From Balanoglossus misakiensis (Eukaryota > Animalia > Hemichordata): a DNA stretch of 64,000 nt. The stretch covers positions 2,578,144 to 2,642,143 of the forward strand of contig CM082588.2 of assembly GCA_040954595.2 (NCBI GenBank), given 5' to 3'. Below the pieces are notes generated by a model. The model had not been told where the DNA came from, did not search any database, and worked only from the letters and a program-made list of their open reading frames with translations. A program made the translations under genes and the position numbers. Shown here in pieces: positions 14,101-28,300 of this stretch; position 1 is the stretch's first letter, and each line of letters starts with the position of its first letter.

Positions 14101-16433
14101 ATCATCGCCATCCATGACGTCATCTATCGTGGCGTGTACATCAAACACGACCTGACATGGCGGGTGAGCTGGGCTTGTCAAATGTGTGGTTTGTTGAGTC
14201 TTGTCTCCAGTGAGGCTTCCGTACTCATCCTGACCGTCATAACGCTGGACCGTCTGATTTCCATAGTCTACCCTTTAAAGTTCAAGAACCGCAACATCAA
14301 GTTGGCCTACTGGACCATGCTGTCTCTGTGGCTGTGTTGTGCGTTCCTCGCGATTCTGCCCTTGGTTGACCAACTTCATTACTTCGGCGATTTTTTCTAC
14401 GGCGGCAACGGTGTCTGTCTGCCTTTGCACGTGCACGACCCCAAAGCTAGAGGATGGGAATATTCTCTGTTCATCTTTGCCTTCATCAATCTCGTGGCGT
14501 TCATTTTCATCGCATCTGCGTACGCCGCCATGTTCCACTCCATTCGAAAATCCCGGACCAACATTCGTTCGACAACGGAGAACCAGGACCTGATGCTGGC
14601 GAAGCGGTTCGCCCTGATCGTTGGAACTGATTTGCTTTGCTGGATGCCTATTATCATCATCAAATTTGTAGCATTGTCCGGTAAGTGTATTTGAAATTTT
14701 CCTTAATTAAAAGAGTCTTTTTAAAATTTGTTTTATTAAAGAAGAGGGAGTAGATATTTGCTTCCACCACTTATGTGTTAGAAGTTTGAAAAAGACGTGG
14801 CCACACCAAAACCAGCAGAGCATAGTACATACTTTTATGAAATTGCCATCAGCATTTAAGCAGATGTCGTTGTATACAAAGTGTTAACAAAGATGATGGG
14901 CCAACTGTCCAGTTCTAATTTGAAACGACTCAGGTGTGTTTGACGTTGAGGATTTATTGGTAACGTTTCGTCTTCTTATCTCAATACAGGTATCAAAATA
15001 GGAGGCGGTGTCTATGCATGGATGGCCGTCTTTGTTCTACCAGTGAATTCTGCGCTGAACCCCATCCTGTACACCATGACGACGAGACTGTTCAAACAAA
15101 AGATGCTGCGCGCTTTCGGCATACAGAACCGATACAAGGACGAGTCGTTAACGGCCACTAAGACCACAGGCATGCGAGTGTCCATGTCCACGCTGGGTGT
15201 ACGCAGCCGATCCAGCACCAACGGAAGATCACGAAAAGAGAGTCTGCAGGTAATTCTAGCTGCCTCTAATAGGTTTTTACTTCGTGCTAGGGGGTCATAT
15301 CTCATGACAATTGAATTCTGGGTAAAAGGTCGACAACTCACTGTAGTATGAGATAGAAGAAATTATATGTTTCACAATACCATGAAATATGTGTGCCAGT
15401 TCACTTTTTTGCATGCTATTCTACATTTTTGAATACTCAACGTGATTTTTACACCCCTATTGTTATTGTGAGAGATGTTGTACATATACAACTCAGTAAT
15501 TTTCGAAATACACATTTTCCTTGCCATTTTTTCACGTGGTATTTTTACCATCCTCATTATGTAGAATGTGTTCGGAAAAGATTTTCTCACTATTCTTTCC
15601 GTTTTGTATAAAGCCCCCCAAATCTTTAAACGTTTTTGTCTTGTTCTTTTTCTAACCCGGAGTGACATTTTCAAACCTCCCTACTTTTTCTTGTTACCAG
15701 AAAAACGGTAAGTTATTAGGTTCAAAAATCACAGCATGTCCGAAACGCATGCGCGAGAATGCTCGTAGGATTTTTTTCGTTTTCATTTCTTTTGAAGGAT
15801 GCACTTCGTCACATTCATATTTCATTTTATTAGTTTAAGTTTCTCCATCGCTCATTTATCATGTTCATGGACATTAACTAACACCATTATTATATCAACT
15901 CGCAGTAACTGCCTGGTATCTGCTAAAATTTGGTCTAACATATACTAGTATACATGTACTATTTTCTTTCATCGTCCCAAACCTTGTGTTTAATGTATGA
16001 GGTTATTCCCCTATATTATTATCTTTTGTTCTTACTTATGAGTAGCTGTAGCTTATGCATTTAAAATACAGAATGTTGGTTGTTTCAGATAATTCATGAT
16101 ATGATGTTAAATCACGTGCATCATAGTGAAATGAAGTCTCAATTATATGAACCTCGTCTATAAGTAAAAGCGTGATTTATTTACAAAGGCCCCGAGATTA
16201 TTGAGCATGCAGGCAGACGTAGCTTCAGGTCTTGTCTTGCTTTGTTGTTGTTTTTACTTAGTTCCCCTGTTTTGTCGCTACAGGTGAGGACATCGAATCA
16301 AAGCAATTTGCCACTTACGATAACACAGGGGCCGACCTGTCGAGCGAATCTTCAACACTTTCCGTCCAGCAAATGCAATTACCAGGAAATAAGTAAAATC
16401 ATGGTGCGGCCACGTGCGTACAACTTCACATGA
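8105..16433 (+). CDS. RXFP1-like: Relaxin-family peptide receptor-like LGR (type C: LDLa-LRR-7TM GPCR), paralog A, about 918-928 aa
   Basis: Exons, all GT-AG and phase-consistent: 8105-8198 (signal peptide MKTSIHILLCCLAVLSS); 8352-8495 (LDLa CLDDAVRCLNSTQCIFRDYLCDGVEDCDNGSDEWEEEC); 8699-8809 (linker); 9075-9252 (LRRNT YPSVCNC...DCSRRNLTDVPENIP); fourteen 72-bp LRR exons starting at 9438, 9713, 9880, 10105, 10455, 10975, 11259, 11551, 11777, 12022, 12222, 12658, 12933, 13273; 13839-14680 (hinge YFDHFSLCGYVPYVRHCSPRSDGISSLENLL plus TM1-6); 14990-15249 (TM7 VLPVNSALNPILY); possible micro-exon 15701-15707; last exon 16284-16396 or 16284-16433. Exact orthology (RXFP1/2, LGR3 or LGR4 clade) not determined. 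Confidence 0.93.
13839..14680 (+). CDS. RXFP1-like: 7TM (TM1-6) exon of RXFP/LGR-like receptor A
   Basis: 842-bp exon bounded by ttgtag| and |gtaagt. Translation includes FFIMNLSFADLLMGLYL, SSEASVLILTVITLDRL, YGGNGVCLPLH and KRFALIVGTDLLCWMPII, typical of RXFP1/2. Confidence 0.96.
15701..15707 (+). CDS. Candidate 7-nt micro-exon (AAAAACG) of receptor A
   Basis: ctactttttcttgttaccag|AAAAACG|gtaagt: a pyrimidine tract plus AG and a consensus donor. Inclusion joins the phase-0 donor at 15249 to an open phase-1 frame at 16284-16396. Confidence 0.5.
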
Positions 16434-16730
16434 GGTGAGTGACGTCATTCATGGGGTCCTACTCACTTTAAAGGAAAGCTATACTCTATATATCACATAC
16501 ATATGCCTAAATACAATACGCCGAAAATTCTCACACTAATCGATTTGAAACTTTTATTTTCAGATGTTTTTTGGCAGTATCAAATCAGTGGACAAGTGAA
16601 CACAATATATTATACACGGACCACCACGACATCGGCACTCCATGCAAGTGAATATGTGGTACACTGGACCTGGATTGTGTGTCTTATATCAGCTAGTAAC
16701 CCTTGGGACGAGGACAGATCCATTCGAGAT

Positions 16731-16736
16731 AAATAA
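16731..16736 (+). promoter_or_regulatory. Candidate polyadenylation signal region for receptor A
   Basis: An AATAAA hexamer lies in gataaataaaacc, about 300 bp after the last coding exon. Use of the site is not verified. Confidence 0.3.
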
Positions 16737-19343
16737 AACCTCCCCAAATAGCCTGATACACGAGCACGTGATCAAACACCAGGAAAACTACACCACAACC
16801 CAATTTTCCGGCAGTGTTTAGCGTTTTCAATTCTAACCCATAGGCAAAGCAGGATTCATACCGCTGACGAATTTCCGATACTCGTTTATACCGCCATGGT
16901 TTTAAAAGCTGAAATTTGTATATAAGGTACATGTGCACGGCATGATATTAATTGACAATTAACAATATTGTCACGCGAAACATAAATCCCTAATCTCATA
17001 CTTTTTTCTATACATCATACATTATAATAAATTTATAATAAATTTTTGGCAATACTTTTGATGACTGTTAGGCTATTTGGCATCTTAATACTAGACCGGC
17101 ATAACGTAATTTGCATATAATTGTCAAACGTGCCTTATGATAAGGTCCATCGAAGGTTAACTTAAACTGAGCTATGATCTGACGGGAGTAAAACGTTGTA
17201 CCATGAAATTTACTATAGGTAAAGGAAAGGTTATTTTTCACACAATATAACTATACTATACTTAATCCTTCTATTATATGTTATATAACGATAATATATG
17301 TCGAATATATTCATTTGTAGATGTTTTATCAAATATTTGTCATATTGAAAATACGAAAGAAAAATAATGAAAAAAATTTCAGCATAACATTTAATATGTG
17401 TATAAATGTAAATTTCACAATGACTTAAATAATATTCTATTTTTGAAGGATTCGGAAACGTGTTTAATTAATAATCAAACGCAACAAATATTAATTGGTT
17501 TTGAACGTTTTATTCTTCTTAAATTATCCCCGAATACGAGTTTAACTATTGCTGAAAGAAATTTAAAACCAACCAAGATATTTACGGTTAATATTTTATA
17601 TTGATAATTTTTAATTGTCATCATTATCAGCATCATAGTAGTGTGATATGTTTCCTTTGTCGCTGCGGGTCATCGTCATTGTGTATACCTTAATAATGAA
17701 ATTTCTTGACGTCCTTGCGTGTGATCCTTTCGAATTTCTGACAAGGATTTTTAAGGAAATGAGACGAAGAATGACTTTATGAAGGTGTTGATGCTTTATT
17801 GAAATAAACAACAAAACTTGTACATGTGCACATTGCTGCCACAAAAAGGCGTTCAAGGATTAATTGACAAAATGACACACAAAAGATGAAGGGTACACAG
17901 TCGCTCGCAAATAGCAATGTACAAGATATCCGATCATATAAAAGCATTGGATTAATGGGGCAAATAGCCTTAAGGTGTGTTGATCACTTGCTGGCAGACA
18001 CAGGTGGCTTGATGCGGATCATTTAGAAAATACATTGTTGGCCGATTCTTTGCTATGGAATGATCCTGTGTCAATGCCATACAAAATAAGTTACAATATA
18101 GTGACTACACATCAATTAAGGCACCTTTACATGCACAGTGACTGGTTGGTGTAAATAAGGATATGTGTGGTGCACGAGGGGTCCAGGAAACGGTATATTT
18201 TTGTCTCTAAACAATAGAATTATAAAAAGGTGTACACTGTGTATATTACTTCAATATTAAAGCCCCCTAAGTGAACTGTTTTCATGTCTTTTTTCTCTGT
18301 TGACGTAGCCAGACCTTACAGTTAATCGATCTGGTGACAATCTGCAAGATACATCCCATAAATATAATGTAACCATGATGCAGAGGTTTCTTGCTTTCAG
18401 CTGCGCGTATGCGTAACCCCTTTGTGGCCTGCCTGATAATGACAGGTAAAGGGATCCCCATGTCAAGTACGTTTGTCGTTGTGGATTTCCAACAGAAATT
18501 TCCCGGCGGTTCGGTTTCCTGTTTTTCGTATAATAGACAACTGCCGTCGGGCAAGCTACTCGTCAACATACTGAAACGTCTAATGAAGGAATAGCTATCT
18601 GTCTTTCGGCGCTGTTCGATTAAAACCGATCCTCGTTGCAGACGGCAGCACACCGCGAGGTTACTTTGAAGTTTTACTGTAACAAATCAGTCCATATTAA
18701 TAATACGTTTCATGATTATGATACCGAGTAAGGCGCAGCTGTTTTTTGTAAGACATTTATAGTTAATGATAGGAAAGGAAACTCCGCTAAAATGATTCAA
18801 ACATGGTTTAGTCGAATATAGACAGTAGAAAGTTGTGTTTAAAAAAGGAAAGTAGCTCTTTAGCAATTTTCGCCTGAAATAGATACTGAGGCACCATTGG
18901 CGAGAACATCCACTGGCTTCCTGTCATATTACGAAAAAATACTAGAAAAGACGATTAAATATGGCTTAAAACCCTGTACTTTTCGAGCACACTTCAAAAA
19001 ATCACCTCTTCTGAAATAGCGAATGCGTTCCCCTCAGCCTCGATACAAAAAGCCATTCTTGTAAAAAAATTCACAGAATATTCCATTATAAATATCTCTA
19101 ATATATCATTATACGCAATCATATATACATCTTTAAAATAGATCCCAACTTATTCATCTCGTATCCTCATTTGAAAGTCCATTATCCCTGCCGTGTTTTT
19201 TTTAAATAATTACGTACGTAGGCTATATTAAAATTACCATTACTAAAATTGAATCCTCACATTTCTGTCTTATATTAGAATAGAAAAACACATTGTATTC
19301 TGTTCATGGTCGTGACCTCTATGGTATAGGTCTAAACCTGTAT

Positions 19344-22300
19344 TCATACATTCTTTTCGCCGAAAGAATTTTCATTAGGTACGATGCAAACGATGCGGTG
19401 GTGTTCCATGTGACTGAGGCTCATGGCAGACGGATTGCCAAAGTGTGCATGCGTCAGCCTTTTCCCACTCATTTCACTTTTGGCCCTGTTGGTGGAGAGC
19501 TTTGATCCGGGCTTCGACTTCTGTCGAGAACACTGCGAGAAAAAAAGAAATACACAGTACAGTTATTGTTTTGTCTGGACAAACTAACCTTGTCGACAGA
19601 ACACTCTTGATAGGCCCTTTTCCGGCGCAAGATTCTCGCGAGATACCGCGAGACACAAACATACTCACGCGAATGTTTCTGCAGATCTTTCCGTTTTCGC
19701 TGAGACGACTTCCGGCGGATCCTGCTGACATCAACGCCCTTGAACTTCTGACAGAGAAATAGTCGTCTGTTTTTTTCTCCTTGGAGAAGGTGCCAATGAG
19801 GCGACGCAGTCTCTGTTTGAACGCCTTGGTTGTCATGGTGTAGAGAAATGGGTTCAGCGCAGAATTGACCGGAAGTACGAAGACGGCAACCCAAGCGTAC
19901 ACAGAAGGTTCAATTCTTGCACCTGTTAAGAGAAGAATTGACACGCACGCATGAAAAACTGATAGAATCCTAAGTTGTCGGTGAAAAATGTCGGGTGTTC
20001 CATTGTAATATTTAAGACATTTAAAATGTATCTCTGACAGAAGAATAATTACTGTACTCACCTCCCAAAGCCAGGAACTTGATCACAATTATGGGCATCC
20101 AGCAGAGAAGGTCAGTGCTCACAATCAGAGTGAACCGCTTGGCCAACTTCATGTCCTGGTTTTCACTCGTGGAACGCGTGTTTTTCCTCGACTTTCTGAT
20201 GTTGTAGAACATCTGCACGTATCCATACACAATGCAGAGAAAGGCCAGAAAGTTAACAGCGACGAAAATCGTGAATGAATATTGCCAGCCTTTAGTCTCG
20301 GCTTGGTTGATGTGCAACGGCAGGCAGACACCGTTGCCTCCGTAGAACAGATAGTCGAAGTACCCGATGGATTGGACGAGGGGTAGACCCGCTATGAAGA
20401 AGCAGGTCACCCAGACAGCTAACATTGTCCCAGACGCCACTTTCATGCTCCTGTCCTTGAACCTGAAGGGGTACACCACAGAGATGAACCGATCGAAGGT
20501 TATGACGGTGAGAATCAGCACCGAAGACTCGCACGACAGCAGGCTCATGAAGCCGCACATCTGGCAGAGCCAGCTCATCCGCCATGACAGGTCAAACCGG
20601 ATGTAGTCCCCGCGGTACGCGACGTCGTTGGCGGCGATGATGAACAGGTAGAGCCCCATCAACAGATCGGCGAACGACAGATTCATGATGAAGAACGAGT
20701 GCACGCGATTGTCGTCCTTGAGGAGGCACCGGGCGAAGGGAACCAGGATGTTGCCAACGCAGGCAAGAGTGGCGACAATCCACACCACGACGCGAAGTAG
20801 CATGCTGTCCAGAAGGTTCTCAATGGTTGAGATACCATCACCTCGAGGATAACAGTGTCGGACTGTGGGTGCGTAGCCACACAGAGAGAAGTGATCAAAG
20901 TAACTGCAAATTTAGAAGTAGATTTAGGAACAGTGTAAGAATATTTCCAAACTGGAAACTTTCAGAAGACTACACTTCAAACATTGGTATTTAATTCGCA
21001 ATTCGCAGTTTAACTTAGTAATCTACAAGATTGGATTGCTATAGCTGCAGTGAAAATAACCGGTAGAAAAAATTGTGATATTGTCATGTATACGTACAGC
21101 CATTTAAGCGAAGCAAGCTTTTTGAAGATTCCCCTTGGCAAAACGCTGAGTTTGTTCTCACGCAGATCTCTGCAAAGGAAACATGTTCAAATTATTGCAG
21201 ATTGTAAAGTATGGAAACAATGCCTTGGTCGATTTATTTTTTAGTATAGCATTTCGTTAATGGCAAAAAGCACCTCTGTGGTAATTAGATAGAACTTCAC
21301 ACTTCCCGGTGGTACAGTAAGATGTGAAATCATTTCACCAGGGAAAATGGCGTCAAAGCGGCTCAAACAACACGTTATCTCCAGGTAAAACTGATTTCTC
21401 AGACAGAAAGTCAGAATAAAACACACATAGAAAACGACAATTAAAATATGGTAATTTTGACCCCCAGGTGCTCGGAATAGGTAAACAGAGTGCCAAGGTG
21501 ACAAGGTTGGCCTGAGCACGTGCACCGAAGAACTGTTGTGATTCAGAGCCAATTAGATCGCGGCAGATATTTATATTCACATCCGCAGGATACAAGATTC
21601 CCACAAGACCCCTTGCACCATCTAAGTATTCTACTTTTCTGAGAAGTATTGTCTCACTAGCTTTAATGCCACGCCGTGTACCATTCGAAATTCTCTGTAC
21701 GCGTCACAAGTTCCGGGCCACCGCGTGTTAGAAGGTGTGAAACGTATACACCATTAGCCGAACCCAATATCAAACGAATTTTGGACATGTATACTTACAA
21801 GGTAACCAGGTCTTCTAAATCATCCAGTGATCCAAGCTCCACTGATTCGATTTGGTTGTTGAGGAGGTCTCTGCGTGAGTGAAAAGATTTAAGCGTTAAT
21901 ATCTTCAAGACGTCGCCTTCTTGATCCGCGCGAATTCAATGGAAGTGTTTGTAGTTATAGAAAGCCACTTCAGTGCATGGCCATCACCCTGTTTATCCGT
22001 ATATATAATTCTTTTAGCGATATGTTCAAAACCAGAGTAAGTAACACTTACAAATTTGTCAACTTGGTCAGGTTATCGAGCATCCCTATATGGATATCTT
22101 GAAGTTTGTTGTCAGAAAGTAATCTGTAAAAGACCAGAATGGCCATTAACACGCATGCTCTCTCGCTCGCTCGTTCTCAGAACCATTTCCCATATTTTCA
22201 TTTAAAAACGCCTTTTAAACCAAGAGATAATAAACAAGGTGCCTCCCTTAGCAACACTCACGCGTGACTGAGTTTTCCAGAGTGGGATAAAGCTTCATCT

Positions 22301-25300
22301 TCAATCAACCGAATCTCATTTCGCGAGAGATCTCTGCACAAAAGAGAGAGAAAAAAAATAGTTTCTAGATCGACAACGTAAATAAAATTACTGACCTGAA
22401 TGAAAAAATTAAACACGTCAAGCATTGTGTTCAAAGAGAAAAGCAACAACTTACAAGATTTGCAAGTCTTGTAAGGGCTGAAACAATCCATACTTAACGA
22501 TCTCCAGGTGGTTGAAAGACAAAATCCTGAAAAAATAGAAGTTAAACAGTTATTTTTCTCGCCCGTCGACTAAGTAATATTGCTCTACATTTTTTCATAT
22601 TGGCGTAGTGGGCTAATGTCCCTTGTTACAGGGCATAATGCAGGCATGTACGTTGCAACCCGCGTATATAGGAAGCTGTAATGAAACTTACAGACTGCTT
22701 AGTTTTTTCGTCTCTTCGAAAGCTCCAGCCTCAATGCGGGTGATGGAGTTGCTTTTCAATTTCCTGTAACGAGTGAAACATGTAGATGCTGTCACTCGGA
22801 TGGGGCCGTGTTGTAGTTGAAGAAGATGCGTGGACAATTCAGACTAGGCTTTTCACGCTGCTTGCCTTTATTCTCGCTACCATTGAATATGGTTATAAGT
22901 GGCCGGGCTTTATTATTGCATATGTTGCTTTCATGTAAACTGTTGCCCGCTGTTGCTTAAAATACTGAATTCCATGTTAAAATTTGGATGCTTTGCTTCT
23001 CTGTCTAGGTTGCCTTGCCTGTCATGATTCACACTGAACAGTGCGTCAAATAATCCGCTGAAGGTCAAGTCCGCACAGTCAGCTTTGCTCTGTCTGCTCA
23101 ATAAGGTACGTGTCAACACATTACAAGATCTATGTATCCACAACCAAGATTCAAATACACAAATCTGCTGCAGACGCAACTTTGATAAATGGTTAGCATG
23201 ACGCCGCGTTCACCATGTAGACATTGACTTTCTCGCTGTAGAACGTGACCAAATAAAAACAGCCCAGTGTTCATTCCCTAAGAGAGTAATGCATCCACAG
23301 GGCAAAACAGGTACAATTACATTTGCATTTGATTAATTGATAAGAACCGTTGAACAATACGTCAAGGGAAAGTTTAATTATGCTAATACAAACAGGTCGC
23401 TTGATAAGAGCCACGGTCGAATGACAGGCATACTCACAGATGCTGTAGACTTGACAGTCCTGTTAGATCGTCCTTCTTGATGGATAGAAGCAAATTTCTT
23501 TCCAAATTCCTGTCCAATGAACAAGAAGTTGTATCATGACACCTTACAATGAAATTAGCAAACCTAATACATTCACATAACTATGAAAAGTAGCAGGTGC
23601 AAATGCATTTAAATTCAAATTAGTTTTACTTACAAATCGGCCAGGTTCTTGAGATTTCGGAAAATCCCGCTTGTGATATGAGAAAGACCTACGTCCAGTA
23701 GATTTCTGGGAAATTGAGAAAACCTAAATTAAATAATAGGTCGAATATCTATGCGCTTATTGTGCTTCGACAATCCTTACATAAGTAATAAAATAATAAT
23801 CCAGCGTTGATTTTACACTACTGATGACAATAGCCATGAAATACTTACAAGGTTTCTAGATTGTTTAAATATTCAAAAGCGCCGAATTCTACTTCTAGTG
23901 GATTATTCCAACTGAGGCTTCTGTGAGAGGAAATTAAGATCAACAATGAAGTTGTAGGACGTTTGTATCACAAGTTCTTACGTGTGTACAACCCCAGTCA
24001 AAAAAATATCTGCAATCGGTTCATATTTTAATCCGGTTAAATGTAGCTTCTGTACTTAAATGTTCATCTCTCATTACTAGTTCAGTGTACATTAATATAT
24101 CCATATATGTAGAAGTGAATTTCGTGTCATTGCTTGCGAAGCAGACTCGGACACGCAGTAACCATGGAAACTAATTTATGCCAGGTATCACAAAAACCAC
24201 TCTGAACTTGCAGAACTATAGTACGTGACTTACAAATATTTGAGTGATGTCTGTTTTTCCAGAAGACCTTTCTTGATCTTACGAATTGCATTATTGTCAA
24301 GGTCACTGGAATAACAAAAACATATAGGATGGAATTGTACAGTGAATGATGAGAAAGCATCTCTCTTGTAATTATAACATAAGGCCTTGTGGTTCGTCTT
24401 ACTTTGGAAACCAGATTTAATATATTTAAATGTAGCATGGGAAGCCTGCTCATGATCAACCAATAGAAAGGAATATGAGATGACATATAAAAAGGAAATT
24501 TCCATCACAAACATCATTACTTACATTACTTGAAGGTTTTCAAGTGATGCAAATATACCATCAGGAAGATTGGATAGTCGGTTTGCCCTCAGTTGTCTGA
24601 AATGGCAAAATATCATTGAAACGGCCGTTGATTATTTAAATTATTCCTTCCATCCATGTACAAGAAGTATTCTTCACTTTTAGGGCAGTTGGATTTCTTT
24701 CGTTCGAGATCTGTGAATTATGTATGAGCAATGTGTCTTCATGTTTAATGGAAGCCACCTTAAGGAATCAAGGAATCAGGAAATGGCTCTTGAGAAGGTT
24801 TTAGATGTCTAAATAAATGCCAATAGTTCAGTGGGATGTTTAGCAGACATTACGTATATATTTCAATAGTCAATACACATGCGCAGTGCACCTCGGCTAC
24901 AAACATTTTCTGTCGAACACTGAACCGAAAATAGACTGACTTAAAGTAATCACTTGGCCTTTATAGAGATAAACGGTCGCCCACATGATTTCACTAATCC
25001 CAAGCTTTGACATGTGCTCGTTACAGGTTAAAGAGATGTACATGTAGGTAGTACACTTACAGTAATTCTAAACTTTTCAAATCTTTCAGAGTATCATTTC
25101 CAATCTTAACGATGTCGTTTTTGGACAAATACCTGCCAATGAAAGGAAATGTTAGGATTGATTTAAAAATGTGCAAGGATATGTCAACCAATGGCAATGG
25201 AAACATTAACATTGCAACTAAGAACCTCCACAGGCTCAGCCCATGCATGGATAGTCCTAGATTTCCTTCTTAGTGAGGTGGTGACGTAACATATTTCTGA

Positions 25301-28300
25301 CTTGCTGGTATTGTTAACGTTATATTTGAAGAAAGTGAGGTCCGATAACTGTAGGCAAACGGAAGTGGTAAATCTGGTCATTATTTTCGATATAAAATAA
25401 TTGTAGTGCGTATAGTCATCGCCAGCAGCACCAGTTTCTTACATATCGCGTATTTCTTGAGAGTAAGCTTATCTACGCCATGTTTTCTTCTTTGATGTCT
25501 GGGGCCTATACTACCTTAATTTCACTGGTTACTCTGTACCAATTTTACACATAAGGCTGTACTTACAATTCTTTCAGGTTGAACATTCCAGCGAAATCGT
25601 CTTCGCGTATTTCTGTTATGGCATTATTTTCCAGATCTCTGAAAAGTGTGAAAAAGACCCGTCATTACCACAAAAGGCCATGTCAATTAAATCTATGGAA
25701 TAGTGTGTATGAACAATCAGATGTGTGTACTAGAATAGAAACTACGTCATATAGACTGAAAGGGTAATTAATAAGTTAACAGTAATTTGTAAGTCTTCTG
25801 TAGTCAGTGGAAAGAATAGGAACTAACTACATGTATGTAGCCCCTTCTTACATCAGATTCAAATATATTCGTAATCGTAAAGCAACAACTTACAGAATGG
25901 TGACATTTCGAGTAATATTCTCAGGAACTCTCGTTAAGTTTCTCTGAAAGCAATCGACGTGCGTGGCGACGATGTTGAACCGAGAGTTGTTAGGCATAAC
26001 GCCATCTTCTGTGTAGTTATCTGTTACTCTGAAAACGACGGTGTGCTTGCAATCACAAACGGCCGGGTAGCTACCTTTCTCTGGGATAGAAAACAAATGA
26101 ATCAGTGTCCACGTTTTAGCTCAAGATTCCAAATTAAGTGTCTAAGTTTGAAAACACATTCTTCTGGGGCATGGGTGTTCAAGCTTTTGAATATAAGTGA
26201 TCTAAACATTGTCTCCTACCACAGGGGATTGATGCTTCGCTCCCGAACAGCGAGTCCGATTCCGCATCAACGATTTCATCTAACTTGTATCCTATTTTTA
26301 TGTCCCAGTTCTCCTGGTCATGCCTATCGACTGCAAATAAAAATAAAATGGACGGAAAGCTGGAATAAAGGCAATATCGTCGGTTTGACTGTCAAGTGAG
26401 ACAATGGAAAATGCTAGGTGGTGACAGATTTTGTGATTCACTTCAGGGTATTGTGACTGTATCTTTCACTTACCGCATTCTTCGTCCCATTCATCGGAGC
26501 CATTGTCACAATCAGTTATTCCGTCACACAGGTAATCCCGAAAAATGCACATGGTTGAATTAAGGCATTGAAAACTAAAGTCACCCAAACAGAGGGGATT
26601 GAAATCTCCACTATCTTCATCGGCAGGATCTTGATCTGTATGTTTAATTAAAACACGCGCGAATGTATTATCCTCAGACAGACAGGCAGTCAGACAGACA
26701 GGCAGGCAGGCAGACAGACAGGCAGGCAGGCAGGCAGGCCAATGACTGATCACATAGACTGCGGCAGTCAATCTGACGGGGGATCAAAACTTTTCGATTT
26801 GATGAGAAATATTGCAACAATGAATGTGGAAAGACACCGCCTGCGTTCCATTATCGACGTTTTTGTGTTGAATCTTCCTTGTTTTCACTTTAATACGTGA
26901 TATCATGTGATATGGCCAAGGAACAATTGCTCTCGTGAGTCGTGTTTGATGGCGATATGTCAATATCAAACGTTAAATGGCAGACTGTATCAAGGAGGTA
27001 ATTACATGGTCGTATGATGTGACAAACCAGACAGGCTTGTCGTTTTGAAATGAATATCCCGTAGTTACATTATTTGTTCCATAAGTGTGTCATTTATTGT
27101 TCGATATAACTTTTCATTAACTCTATATCATTCAGCTAAACAGCTTTTATTCAGTGGAAATGATGTGTCATATTCCGCTTTGTGGGGAGTTGTGCTGCTA
27201 ATCGGTTTTTACCTCTGGGATTTAATTCAAATTTTTAGTCTTTTGAAAACAGATCGATTCCGGCCGAGAATCCGAATTATCAAATATCATAGTCGCCGTA
27301 CAATTTACAAAGTGGTTTGGTGAAATAGAGATCAGAACACACACGAATGATACTATAATTTGTGACGCGTTAGGTTAGAACTTTGATGTAAAAACTACTT
27401 CAGAGAGTTTTGTTATTTTATCTGCAGAGAGCAATTTTATCCAGTCAACGGATCCTTGATAATGACGCCAATCATGGCTGATTATTTCCCTCGTCGAGCG
27501 CGTGACCGTCCATGCTGTAGATCGGTCAGATACACTTGGCATTACTCACGTGGCACATTGCCTTATAATTGAGAAAACGTGCCGGGCATGACAATGCCGC
27601 AAGCAAGATTCAAATAACAAATTGTATACATCTTGATCAAATATTGTTCGTGGTAACCACATACCTGTAATAATTAACGAAGTATGGTAGCTTGGGAAAT
27701 CAGAATACTTTGCGTCAGTGTTTTTACCAAGTTCAGCTAGTATTGGACGCGTAAAACCATACGCCATCAGAAGAAGAAACAACCTGCGCTCCGTATTACG
27801 GATTACACGTCTGACGAAAAATCGAATTTCATTTCGCGATTGTACGGGGCAGGTGTTTGATTTACGTTATTGGGAACACGTACGCCTCACCGCGGTGTTC
27901 CCTTAACCATAGTTGTAAGAGATTTTGGCCGCGGGAGTGCATTTATTTCCTCAATGTAAGGCACTGATACAATTAGACAGAAAGATGGGGAGATGGAAAG
28001 ATGAATTGATATACGGGCAAGGTTTCTCATCTCCACGATCTTTGTGTTCGATACACGTGACAACCGGTAGCTTGTGGAAAGACGTTCATAATTGAATCAG
28101 GCACTAGCAAAACAGCAAGCCATATAGAATATAGAATCAAAAGTCCTAAAAGCAAGCACCATTGCACAGTAGAAAGATCAGAATTATTTTACAACCTATA
28201 GCTAACTTCAGTCGATGTATACGTGTGTGCCTGTGGCCGCAACCCTTGTAAAATTATGCCAATATGATGACAGAGCAAGAACTATACAAATAATACACAA

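Noticed and set aside
13855-14663. Several antisense or alternate-frame ORFs over the 7TM exon (likewise at 20149-20898)
   Set aside because: Shadows of GC-rich coding sequence.
18257-18653. 123-aa minus ORF and overlapping ORFs between the two receptors
   Set aside because: No recognisable domain or convincing splice sites; probably UTR or intergenic, or an unrecognisable fragment.
27550-27664. AG/GT-bounded 115-nt segment in intron 1 of receptor B
   Set aside because: Not frame-preserving between the phase-1 exons, and no recognisable motif.
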